A program made the translations under genes and the position numbers. From assembly GCA_038883715.1 (NCBI GenBank), contig JAVZLS010000002.1, positions 37,223 to 101,222 of the forward strand: DNA of 64,000 nucleotides, in the 5' to 3' direction. Under the pieces are notes generated by a model. It had not been told where the DNA came from and did no database searches. It worked only from the letters and a program-made list of their open reading frames with translations. Origin of the DNA: Candidatus Bathyarchaeia archaeon. Its GTDB lineage: Archaea; Thermoproteota; Bathyarchaeia; Bathyarchaeales; Bathycorpusculaceae. This document shows, piece after piece, positions 8,263 to 17,174 of this stretch; position 1 is the first letter of the stretch, and every line of letters starts with the position of its first letter.

Positions 8263-9993
8263 CTAGGTTTTAGCAGCCAGTTTTTTAAGCTCCTCTTCTC
8301 GCAAGACCCTTCGGAGAACCTTGCCAACAGCGCTTAACGGAAGTTCTTTACGAATTTCCAACTCTCTAATCGCTTTGTAGGGTGCAACCTTCTCGTTCAC
8401 AAATTTCATTAGCTCCTCTTCGGTAGCGGCCATTCCATCTTTTAGCACAACGAAGGCTTTTGGAATTTCACCAGCAACTGGGTCTGGTTTACCGATTACT
8501 CCGCAGAGTTTCACGGCTGGATGCTCATATAAGACATCTTCAAGTTCTCTTGGATAGACGCTGTAGCCCTTATACTTGATCAAGTCTTTCTTCCGGTCTG
8601 TTATATAGAAGTAGCCATCCTCGTCCATTTTTCCAATGTCTCCAGTGTAAAGCCAACCGTTTCTCAAGACTTCGGCTGTTTCCTCCGGCATTTTCCAGTA
8701 ACCCTTCATCACTTGGGGACCCTTAACTATCAGTTCACCGATTTCTCCCGGTGGGAGCTCTTTTTCACCCGTTTCTATGTCAACTATTTTCGCGTCAGTG
8801 TCAGGCCACGGTATCCCTATTGAGCCTATCTTAACAGTTTTCATGGTCTTGTCAAGAGGATTAGCATGTGTTACGGGCGATGACTCTGTAAGCCCATAAC
8901 CCTCAACCAAAACGCCGCCGGTAACCTCCATAAACTTCTTCTGAACTTCCGGTGGAAGTGGGGCCGCACCGGATACGCAGAATTTTATTGATGTGAGGTC
9001 GTATTTTTTGAGGTCTGGATGGGCTATGAGCATGGCATACATTGTCGGCGCGCCACAGAACACTGTCACCCGGTATTTGTGGATGGCTTCTAGGACGGCT
9101 ACAGGGTCGAAGCGGGGCAACATAACCATTGTCCCGGCGAAGAATATTGGGGCGTTCATACTTGTTGTCATGCCGTAAATGTGGAATAACGGAAGCACCG
9201 TCAAAACGACTTCTTCGCCCTCATTGGCTTGCAGCCACTCTTTGCACATAAGAGCGTTTGAAACAAGATTCATGTGGGTGAGCATAGCTCCTTTAGAGAT
9301 ACCAGTGGTTCCGCCTGTGTATTGAAGGGCGGCCAAATCCTCCCTCGGGTTTATTTCAACTTTTGGCGGTTTAGCCTCGTATTTCGCCATCAGCTCCGTA
9401 AAGAAGTAAACGTTGGCTCTGCGTTCTACCTTTCGGGATGGAATCTTTTTCAGCAGGGAACCTAAAACAGCTTTGAAGGTTGGCATGTAATCCTTTAGGC
9501 CTGCCACTATAACGTTTCGAAGCTTTGTCTTCTCCCAAACCTTCTCCACAATTGGGTAAAGCATGTCAAGAACAACTATTGTTTCGGCTTCGGAATCGTT
9601 TAGCTGGTGTTCAACCTCCCGCTCCCTATAAAGCGGGCTTATCGCGGTGACAATTGCTCCAGCCTTCAAAGCACCATAATATGAAATTACGAACTGTGGA
9701 ATATTTGGAAAATATATGGCAACCTTGTCTCCCTTTTTCACACCTAAATCAACTAAAGCTGTTGCAAACTTGTCAGAAAGTAAATCCAGCTCCTTATAGG
9801 TCATTTTTCTGTCAAAGTAGATTATCGCAGTTTTATCCGGGTACTTTTTGGCGGAATCCCTTAAAAACTCGAAAAGGGGAACCTCAGGGTAGTCTATGTG
9901 TTTTCTAACACCTGGAGGCCAAAACTTGTACCATGGTTTTTCCGGCTTTTCAATTTTCTCCTCTTCAACCTTCTTTTTCCTTTTAGTTGGCAT
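8263..9993 (-). CDS. Long/medium-chain acyl-CoA synthetase (AMP-forming)
   Basis: Shows AMP-binding signatures LQYTGGTTGISKGAML, GYGLTE, YTGDIGKMDEDGYFYITDRKKD and GK near the C-terminus. Has a Lys-rich N-terminal extension (MPTKRKKKVEEEKIEKPEKP). Confidence 0.9.
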   Translation of the reverse strand: MPTKRKKKVEEEKIEKPEKPWYKFWPPGVRKHIDYPEVPLFEFLRDSAKKYPDKTAIIYFDRKMTYKELDLLSDKFATALVDLGVKKGDKVAIYFPNIPQFVISYYGALKAGAIVTAISPLYREREVEHQLNDSEAETIVVLDMLYPIVEKVWEKTKLRNVIVAGLKDYMPTFKAVLGSLLKKIPSRKVERRANVYFFTELMAKYEAKPPKVEINPREDLAALQYTGGTTGISKGAMLTHMNLVSNALMCKEWLQANEGEEVVLTVLPLFHIYGMTTSMNAPIFFAGTMVMLPRFDPVAVLEAIHKYRVTVFCGAPTMYAMLIAHPDLKKYDLTSIKFCVSGAAPLPPEVQKKFMEVTGGVLVEGYGLTESSPVTHANPLDKTMKTVKIGSIGIPWPDTDAKIVDIETGEKELPPGEIGELIVKGPQVMKGYWKMPEETAEVLRNGWLYTGDIGKMDEDGYFYITDRKKDLIKYKGYSVYPRELEDVLYEHPAVKLCGVIGKPDPVAGEIPKAFVVLKDGMAATEEELMKFVNEKVAPYKAIRELEIRKELPLSAVGKVLRRVLREEELKKLAAKT

Positions 9994-10048
9994 ATCAAAC
10001 CCTATTAAAGATATTTTCGGTTTTTGAAGTAATAATACTTTCCATGTT

Positions 10049-10480
10049 TTACTCTGGCCGAGTGAACTCGTAGGTTGGATGCCCTTCAGAGGTTAGCTTT
10101 GCCACAAGTTTAGCTTTCATCCCCACTTTAACTTCTGAAAGCTTGAATCCCGTAAGCCATGCAAGCACCCTAACGCCTTCCTTAAGTCTGCCGATGGCTA
10201 CGGTGTAGGGTTTTTCATGCTGGAAGGTTGTTGGCCTAACAACCACATGCGTGAAGGTCTCTATTGTTGCTTCATTGCTGAGTTCAACCCACTCCATGTC
10301 AGAGGTTAAGCAGTTTGAGCAGTCAGCAACTGGCGGGAAATACAGCTTTCCACATTTTTTGCATTTTGTAGCTAAGATTTTCCCCTGTTTAAGACCTTCC
10401 CAAAACTGAAGAGTCTTGCTTATGGGAATATCCTGTACTATTTTTACCTCTCTCGATTTTATGGAGGGCATAGCTGCCAT
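10049..10480 (-). CDS. DUF35 OB-fold/zinc-ribbon protein (thiolase-associated)
   Basis: A CKKCGKLYFPPVADCSNC rubredoxin-like ribbon is followed by an OB-fold-like C-terminus. It lies 4 nt downstream of the thiolase gene, which is the classic archaeal pairing. Confidence 0.85.
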   Translation of the reverse strand: MAAMPSIKSREVKIVQDIPISKTLQFWEGLKQGKILATKCKKCGKLYFPPVADCSNCLTSDMEWVELSNEATIETFTHVVVRPTTFQHEKPYTVAIGRLKEGVRVLAWLTGFKLSEVKVGMKAKLVAKLTSEGHPTYEFTRPE

Positions 10481-10484
10481 TTTC

Positions 10485-11657
10485 TCATCTCCTTAAAATT
10501 GTCACGTAACAATAGTGTCCAGTTCCGCCCACGTTATGGGCTAAGGCTATGTAATTTTTCATCGGGACCTGTCTACTCTTTTCAAAAGCTTCCTCTCTCA
10601 GTTGTTTTGTCAATTCGTATATCATTGAGCATCCCGTTGTGCCAATCGGGTGCCCCTTCGCCTTTAAGCCTCCGTCGACGTTCACTGGGATTTTTCCGCC
10701 AATTTCTGTTTGTCCTTCTCTGATTAGTTTGGCGCCTTCGCCTTTTTTGCAGAAGCCTAAATCCTCATACGCCATTATTTCGGCTATGGTGAAGCAGTCG
10801 TGTACCACTGCAACGTCAATCTGGTCTGGCGTCGCATTTGCCATTTTGTAGGCTTTTTGGGCTGCCGTCACACTGGCTTCCAATCCAACATAGTCAAGCC
10901 TTTTGCTCATGTTGGCTGTTCCAGAGGCATACCCGATACCCGCAACCCAAACTGGCGTGTCAACTTTAAGCTCTTTAACCTTTTCTTCGGAAGCTAGGAT
11001 TATTGAGGCGGCTCCATCAGTCACAGGACAGCAGTCGAAGAGTTTTAGGGGTGCGGCAATAACCATTGAAGATAAAACGTCGTCAACTGTTATTCTGTTT
11101 TGGAGATGGGCTATCGGATTCATGGAGGCATACTTGTGGTTTTTAACGGCAACAAGCGCCAAATCCTCCTCTGTTGTGCCAAATCTCGCCATGTGAGCAG
11201 TTGCATATAAAGCATAATAAGCTGGAAAGGTTAAGCCGAAGTTGTGGAACTCCCATAGGTAGTATCCAGCCCGCCCAATCCACTCCATCATCGTCGGAGT
11301 GTCAATTTCCCGCATCTTTTCAACACCCAAAGCCGCCGCAATCTCGACTTGCCCGCTTGCCACAGCCCAGTAAGCTGTTGCGAAGGCAGCACTTCCACTT
11401 GCGCAGGCGGCTTCACAGCGCACAAGCCCAGCCCCGGTTAAGCCACAATATTCGGCTGAAACAACGGCTGGGAGAAGCTCCTCATACCATGCTCCGGCGC
11501 CGGTTGAGCCAACAGCGACAAACTCTATGTTTTTTGGTGTTATCCCAGCATCCTCGATCGAGGGCTTAAAAGCTTCAAAGGTAAGCTCCGCCACATTCAC
11601 ATCGTTTCTAACACCAAACTTGGAGCTCCCAACTCCAATTATTGCGACTTTCCTCAT
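10485..11657 (-). CDS. Thiolase (SCP-x/archaeal acetyl-CoA C-acyltransferase type)
   Basis: 390 aa. Has an active-site Cys context (CEAACASGSAA) and C-terminal NVDGGLKAKGHPIGTTG and HNVGGTG motifs. Confidence 0.9.
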   Translation of the reverse strand: MRKVAIIGVGSSKFGVRNDVNVAELTFEAFKPSIEDAGITPKNIEFVAVGSTGAGAWYEELLPAVVSAEYCGLTGAGLVRCEAACASGSAAFATAYWAVASGQVEIAAALGVEKMREIDTPTMMEWIGRAGYYLWEFHNFGLTFPAYYALYATAHMARFGTTEEDLALVAVKNHKYASMNPIAHLQNRITVDDVLSSMVIAAPLKLFDCCPVTDGAASIILASEEKVKELKVDTPVWVAGIGYASGTANMSKRLDYVGLEASVTAAQKAYKMANATPDQIDVAVVHDCFTIAEIMAYEDLGFCKKGEGAKLIREGQTEIGGKIPVNVDGGLKAKGHPIGTTGCSMIYELTKQLREEAFEKSRQVPMKNYIALAHNVGGTGHYCYVTILRR

Positions 11658-11723
11658 TTGACCACTCTTCTATCGGGCTTCAAATTTTGGAACAATTAAA
11701 AATGTGGGAAATGGTGGGGATGC

Positions 11724-12512
11724 TTACTTTCCTTTGAATTCGGCTTTCCGCCTTGACATGAAGGCTTCTACGCCTTCTTTCAGGTCTTCTGTTGAGAAGG
11801 TTAGACCCATAAGGGCTGATTCTATGCGTAAGCCCGCATCCAAAGGCACTTGCGTTCCAAAGTTTATGGCGAATTTCGCATACTTCAAAGCGATTGGCGG
11901 TCCCTCGCTCAGTTTTTTAGCTAGCTCACGAACTTCGTCCCTAAGTTTCTCGTAATGCACAACCTTGTGGACCAAGCCAATTTTTAGGGCTTCTTCAGCC
12001 TTAAGCCTTGTTCCAAGCATGACCATTTCTTTAGCCTTTGCCAAGCCGACAATCCTAACAAGCCTCTGGGTCCCGCCCCAACCTGGGATAAGCCCCAAGT
12101 TTACTTCTGGGCTTCCTAGTTCGGCGTGTTCGGCGGCTATCCTGAAGTCACATGCCAATGCCAGTTCTAAGCCTCCGCCAAGGGCGAAGCCATTAATTGC
12201 CGCTATAACTGGTTTTGACATTTCCTCAATTTTACTGAAAACCTTCTGCCCTAGCCTAGAAAACTCCTCAGCCTTAACGGGTGTTGCCTTTGGAAACATT
12301 GTCACGTCTGCGCCAGCGCTAAAGGATCTGTCGCCTTCTCCGGTTATTACAACGCACCTAACGGAGGGGTCTCTGTCGGCTGTATCTAGGGCGTCTGCAA
12401 GCTCCTCCATCAAAACGTCATTGAAAGCGTTCAGCCTATGCGGCCTGTTTAGGATTATCCATAGAACGCTGTCTTCCCTCTCAATTTTTAGGGTTTCGTA
12501 TGCTTTGCTCAT
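11724..12512 (-). CDS. Enoyl-CoA hydratase (crotonase family)
   Basis: Crotonase signatures FSAGADV, AAINGFALGGGLELALACD and PEVNLGLIPGWGGTQRL. Confidence 0.9.
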   Translation of the reverse strand: MSKAYETLKIEREDSVLWIILNRPHRLNAFNDVLMEELADALDTADRDPSVRCVVITGEGDRSFSAGADVTMFPKATPVKAEEFSRLGQKVFSKIEEMSKPVIAAINGFALGGGLELALACDFRIAAEHAELGSPEVNLGLIPGWGGTQRLVRIVGLAKAKEMVMLGTRLKAEEALKIGLVHKVVHYEKLRDEVRELAKKLSEGPPIALKYAKFAINFGTQVPLDAGLRIESALMGLTFSTEDLKEGVEAFMSRRKAEFKGK

Positions 12513-12563
12513 GTTTTCACCAAACCATGTTTTATGGAATAGCCTATATTACTTTTGGGAGAT

Positions 12564-13718
12564 TTAGAACTTTCTTAGGAGATACTTGAGCACAGTCAGT
12601 TTCTGAATCTCGCTGGTGCCCTCGTAAATCTCGGTTATTTTTGCGTCTCTGTGGTATCTTTCAACACGGTATTCGCCCAGATAGCCATAACCGCCCAATG
12701 TTTGAATGGCGAAGTCTGTAGCTTCCATCGCTACACGGCTTGCGTACTGTTTTGCCATGGCTGTTGCCATCGGGTCCATTTTTCCAACATCTATGAGCCA
12801 AGCAGCCTTGTAGGTTAGGAGTCTTGCAGCCTCTATTTTTGTGGCTAACTCCGCCAAGGTGCAGCCTATGGCTTCATGCTGGATTATGGGCTGTCCGAAG
12901 GCTTCCCTCTGCTTTGAATATTTGAAGGCTATTTCCCATGCGCCTTGGGCCATGCCTACGGCTTGGGCTGCCACACCAACCCGTGTTTTGTCGAAGAACT
13001 CCATTGAGTGGTAGAAGCCTCTGTTAAGCTCGCCTACAATATGCCAGTCGGAAACCTTAACATTGTCAAAGCGCACTTCGCCAGTTTCAGAACACCTAAT
13101 CCCCATCTTATTATGAAGCTTTGTTACCTCTAGTCCCGGTGTTCCCTTATCAACGACAAAAAGGGTTTCGCCTCTATAGGTTGGTCTAACCTTCGTATCT
13201 GTTTGTGTCAGCACTACTATGAAGTCAGCTATTGTGGCATTTGTTATGAAGGTTTTTGTGCCGTTAATCCACCATTCATTCCCGTATTTTGTGGCTGTTG
13301 TCTCCATGCGGGTTATGTCGCTTCCGCTTACGTTCGGCTCTGTGAAAGCTGCCGCTGACGTAAAATCACCTCTGCAAATCGGCGGCAGATATTTCTCCTT
13401 CTGCTCTTTCGTGCCATATGCCAATATTAATTCGCTGCCAAAGTTTCCGCTTGAAATAGCCACGCCTAGCGACGAGTCAGCTCTGCACATTTCCTCGATT
13501 ACAAGACATGTTTCCAGAAGCCCGTATCCTTGTCCGCCATACTCTTGTGGGAAGAACATGCTTGTGAAACCCAGCTTTGCCGCTTTTTTGTAAAGCTCCA
13601 TTGGAAACTCTTCTTTGCGGTCAAGCTCCAAGGCTAGTTCTGGCTTGAACTCCTTTTCGCAGAACCCCCTCACAGCATTTTTTATTCCAATCTGCTCTTC
13701 TGTTAATTCAAACTTCAC
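12564..13718 (-). CDS. Acyl-CoA dehydrogenase (paralog 1)
   Basis: 384 aa with ACAD N, M and C domain patterns: FTEPNVGSD-like TEPNVSGSD, QTLGGYGY and IYEGTSEIQ. Confidence 0.9.
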   Translation of the reverse strand: MKFELTEEQIGIKNAVRGFCEKEFKPELALELDRKEEFPMELYKKAAKLGFTSMFFPQEYGGQGYGLLETCLVIEEMCRADSSLGVAISSGNFGSELILAYGTKEQKEKYLPPICRGDFTSAAAFTEPNVSGSDITRMETTATKYGNEWWINGTKTFITNATIADFIVVLTQTDTKVRPTYRGETLFVVDKGTPGLEVTKLHNKMGIRCSETGEVRFDNVKVSDWHIVGELNRGFYHSMEFFDKTRVGVAAQAVGMAQGAWEIAFKYSKQREAFGQPIIQHEAIGCTLAELATKIEAARLLTYKAAWLIDVGKMDPMATAMAKQYASRVAMEATDFAIQTLGGYGYLGEYRVERYHRDAKITEIYEGTSEIQKLTVLKYLLRKF

Positions 13719-14903
13719 CTAGTAGAACCCCCTTCCAGTTTTCTTACCAAGCCAGCCCTTGCTAACATACTCTTCTAGCAGCGGGCATGGCTTATACATT
13801 TCCATGTTGTATTTGGCGTAAAGCTCCTTCAACTTGTTAACAATAACGTCTATACCAGTTCTATCCGCGTACTCGCATGGACCGGACGGCCAATAGGTTC
13901 CAAGTTTCATTCCGGTGTCTATGTCTGCTGGGGTTGCCGCACCTTCATGCACTAGCCATGCAGCCTCGTTTACGGCTACAGCCCAAGACCTTTCAACATC
14001 ATACTCTTCCATCAAATTGAAGGGTATTCTTGGTCTCCCCTTAGTCCAGTCGTAGAAACCGACGCCTGTTTTTTGTCCAAGCTTTTTCTCTTTGACAAGG
14101 GGTTCTATGACCTCTGCGCATGGTTTGAAGCGCTCGCCATAAGCCTCGTAGAGGATTTTTCCAACTTCATAGGCTATGTCAAGCCCAACGAAGTCTGCCA
14201 GTTCAAACCATCCCATTGGGAAGCCGCCACTATATTTGACAGAGGCGTCTATGCCCTCCTTTGTTGCTTCGCCACGATGGTAAGCCCAAAAAGCCTCGTT
14301 AAAAACTGCTCCGAGAACGCGGTTAACTATGAAGCCCCGCACATCCTTCTTGACAACCACAGGGGTTTTTCCAAGTTTTTTCGCTAGCTCCACAAGGGTG
14401 TCTATTGTTTCTTGGCTTGTTTTCTCGCCCTTAATAACCTCTACTAGAGCCATCATTTGCGGTGGGTTGAAGAAGTGCATTCCAGCCACTTTTTCTGGGC
14501 GTTTTGTGGCGTTCCCCATCTCCGTTATGCTTAGGGTTGATGTGTTAGACGCTAGAATTGCGTGTGGTGGTGCAATGCTGTCAAGTTTTGCGAAAACCTG
14601 CTTTTTAAGCTCCATGTTTTCTGGGACTGCCTCGATGGCTATGTCTATGCTTTTTGCTGCCTCCTCATAACTTGTTGTTGTCTTTATTCTTGAAAGTGCC
14701 GCTTCTGCGTCCTCCTGCCTAATCCTTCTCTTTTCGACAAACTTGCCTAGGCTCCACTTAATTTTCTCTAAACCCTTTTGCAATAGTTCGTCGCTGATGT
14801 CTACCATTGCCACCTCGATGCCGCTCATAGCCAAAAGCTGTGTTATTCCATGCCCCATTGCTCCAGAACCAATTACAGCGGCTTTCTTCAATTTTTCAGC
14901 CAA
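13719..14903 (-). CDS. 3-hydroxyacyl-CoA dehydrogenase (NAD-binding domain plus extended C-terminal domains)
   Basis: Rossmann motif KKAAVIGSGAMGHG, then HFFNPP and the downstream 3HCDH C-domain pattern. The start is moved to the TTG at 14903, which is preceded by GGGAGAGGA. The ORF-track N-terminus to 14975 has no homology-like content. The start remains uncertain. Confidence 0.85.
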   Translation of the reverse strand: MAEKLKKAAVIGSGAMGHGITQLLAMSGIEVAMVDISDELLQKGLEKIKWSLGKFVEKRRIRQEDAEAALSRIKTTTSYEEAAKSIDIAIEAVPENMELKKQVFAKLDSIAPPHAILASNTSTLSITEMGNATKRPEKVAGMHFFNPPQMMALVEVIKGEKTSQETIDTLVELAKKLGKTPVVVKKDVRGFIVNRVLGAVFNEAFWAYHRGEATKEGIDASVKYSGGFPMGWFELADFVGLDIAYEVGKILYEAYGERFKPCAEVIEPLVKEKKLGQKTGVGFYDWTKGRPRIPFNLMEEYDVERSWAVAVNEAAWLVHEGAATPADIDTGMKLGTYWPSGPCEYADRTGIDVIVNKLKELYAKYNMEMYKPCPLLEEYVSKGWLGKKTGRGFY

Positions 14904-15013
14904 ACAAATCCTCTCCCAACATAGAGTAAAATGAATAGATGGCATACGTAATAAAACTTTTGAGAATATGCACAAACCGTCAAGGAAAAATAAAGGTGAA
15001 GGGTAGGAACGGG

Positions 15014-16162
15014 TTACTTCATTAAAAAGTTGACTATTGTGAGCTTTTGAATTTCGCTAGTGCCCTCGTAAATCTCAGTTATTTTTGCACATCTATGGAA
15101 CCGCTCCACATGGTAATCTGCCAAATAGCCGTAGCCGCCAAATATTTGGATGGCGTCGTCTGTGACTTCCATTGCTACGCGGCTTGCATAAGCCTTAGCC
15201 ATAGAAGTTGCAGCCGGATTTGGCTTTTCATGGTTGTATATCCAAGCCGCCTTATACGTGAGTAGGCGGGCGGATTCAATTTTCATGGCCATTTCAGCCA
15301 GCTTGAAAGAGACACCTTGGAAGTTGATTATGGACTGTCCGAACTGTTTGCGAGTTTTAGCATAGTTTAATGCTTTTTCAAAGGCTCCCTGGGCTATGCC
15401 CACGGCCTGGGCAGCCACAGTTATGCGGGTTCCATCGAAAAGTTCAAGCGCATAATAAAAGCCTCTGTTAAGCTCGCCCACAAGGTTGCTAGAAGGCACA
15501 CGGAGGTCGCTTAAAGCCAGCGAACCGGTGACGCATGGTCTTATGCCCATCTTGCCATGAAGTTTTGTTGCCTCCAAACCGGGCATGCCCTTCTCTACTA
15601 AGAAGAGGCTTTGCCCACGGTGGGGTGGGGTTGCGTTGGGATCTGTTTGGCACAGGATTATGAAGGTGTCGGCTATTGGAGCGTTTGTTATGAACTGTTT
15701 TGAGCCGTTAATAACCCATTCGTCGCCTACTCTAACAGCTGTTGTGTCCATTTTGGTTATGTCGCTTCCATGCTCCGGCTCCGTGAAGGCTGCAGCGGCA
15801 ATTTTGTCACCTCTAGCCAGTGGTGGAATATACTTTTCCTTCTGCTCCTCTGTGCCGTGCTTGAGCAAGACGTCGGGGACCATTAGGTTTCCGAGGGAGA
15901 TAGCCACTCCCAATCCTGGATCAACGCGGCAGAACTCTTCAACGACTAGGCATTCTTCTAGGACGCCATATCCTTGCCCATCATATTCTTGAGGTATGCG
16001 CATGCTTGTAAAGCCTAGTTTGGCTGCTTTCCTGTAAAGCTCCATTGGAAACTCTTCTTTCTGGTCGTATTCTAGGGCTAGTTCTGGTGTAAACTCCTTT
16101 TCTGCAAATTCGCGGGCAGCCCGTTTAATCTCCATTTGTTCCTCGGTTAGTTTAAAGTCCAT
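15014..16162 (-). CDS. Acyl-CoA dehydrogenase (paralog 2)
   Basis: Clearly paralogous to 12564..13718; compare MDFKLTEEQMEIKRAAREFAEKEF with MKFELTEEQIGIKNAVRGFCEKEF. The ATG at 16162 is preceded by GAGGAG. The alternative ATG at 16177 would add 5 codons. Confidence 0.9.
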   Translation of the reverse strand: MDFKLTEEQMEIKRAAREFAEKEFTPELALEYDQKEEFPMELYRKAAKLGFTSMRIPQEYDGQGYGVLEECLVVEEFCRVDPGLGVAISLGNLMVPDVLLKHGTEEQKEKYIPPLARGDKIAAAAFTEPEHGSDITKMDTTAVRVGDEWVINGSKQFITNAPIADTFIILCQTDPNATPPHRGQSLFLVEKGMPGLEATKLHGKMGIRPCVTGSLALSDLRVPSSNLVGELNRGFYYALELFDGTRITVAAQAVGIAQGAFEKALNYAKTRKQFGQSIINFQGVSFKLAEMAMKIESARLLTYKAAWIYNHEKPNPAATSMAKAYASRVAMEVTDDAIQIFGGYGYLADYHVERFHRCAKITEIYEGTSEIQKLTIVNFLMK

Positions 16163-16182
16163 AGGGGACTCCTCCATTCTAA

Positions 16183-17172
16183 CTACGCTTTTTGAGCCTT
16201 TAACTCGCTAATCTTGTTTTTCAGCACTGGCACGACCTTGAACAAGTCTTCAACAACGCCATAGTCTGAAAAGCTGAATATTGGCGCCTTCGGGTCTTTG
16301 TTGACGGCTATTATCAAGTCAGAGTTTTTCATTCCTAAGACGTGTTGGAAGGCTCCGCTTATGCCTAGGGCTATGTAGAGCTTTGGCTTAACAGTTTTTC
16401 CAGAAGTCCCCACCTGCCGGTCGCTTGGAAGCCAGCCCTTATCCACAATTGGACGCGAGCATGCCAGCACTCCGCCCAGCATTTTTGCCAACTCTTCAAC
16501 CATCGGTATGTTGCTCTGGTCTTTTATTCCCCTTCCAATGCCCACAAGCACCTCTGCAGCTGTTATGTCAACGCCTCCGGGTGGGGGCAAAACATATTCT
16601 AGGAACCTTTTTGTGGCTATTTCCTCTGTTAGGGGTGATGGAACCTCAACAATTTGCCCGTTCATGGGAGTGGGCGGCTTCTGAGCTTGGAAGGCTGCCT
16701 GGCGCACTGTAACCATGTAGCTTTCAGCCCTGCGGAGTACTGCCTTAACGTTTACTTTTCCGCCGTACATCTGTCTCGTAATTGTAAACGTGTCGCCTTC
16801 AAAAGCAAGGTCTATGCAATCTGTCGCCAATGGAATGTTTAAGGCTGCTGCCAGTCTTGGGGCAAGCTCAACGCCATAAGACGTGTGCCCAATGATTGTC
16901 AGTAGGGGCTTGTGCTCTTTAATTAGGTTGGAAAGAACCTTTTGATAGGCTTCAGAATTGAAGTTTTCAAGTTTTCCATCCTCTACAAGCAGAACTTTTT
17001 TGGCGTGCTCAGCTAAGTTTTTGGCGTGCTCTTTGACGCCCTTGCCTAAAATGACAGCCACTGGTTCGGCGTTTGTTTTTTCGGCTAGTTCTCTTGCTTT
17101 TGTCAGCATTTCGAAGGTTATGTCTCTTAACTGGCCTTGCCTGTGCTCGGCTAAAACAAAGATTTCAGCCAT
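16183..17172 (-). CDS. etfA: Electron transfer flavoprotein alpha subunit
   Basis: 329 aa. Begins with an N-terminal ETF domain (IFVLAEH...) and ends with a C-terminal FAD-binding domain (LYIALGISGAFQHVLGM). No N-terminal ferredoxin domain. Confidence 0.9.
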   Translation of the reverse strand: MAEIFVLAEHRQGQLRDITFEMLTKARELAEKTNAEPVAVILGKGVKEHAKNLAEHAKKVLLVEDGKLENFNSEAYQKVLSNLIKEHKPLLTIIGHTSYGVELAPRLAAALNIPLATDCIDLAFEGDTFTITRQMYGGKVNVKAVLRRAESYMVTVRQAAFQAQKPPTPMNGQIVEVPSPLTEEIATKRFLEYVLPPPGGVDITAAEVLVGIGRGIKDQSNIPMVEELAKMLGGVLACSRPIVDKGWLPSDRQVGTSGKTVKPKLYIALGISGAFQHVLGMKNSDLIIAVNKDPKAPIFSFSDYGVVEDLFKVVPVLKNKISELKAQKA

Positions 17173-17174
17173 CC

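Noticed and set aside
11965-12567. 200-aa plus-strand ORF
   Set aside because: It lies entirely antisense to the well-supported enoyl-CoA hydratase gene. Its Ser/Pro/Ala-rich composition is typical of a shadow ORF.
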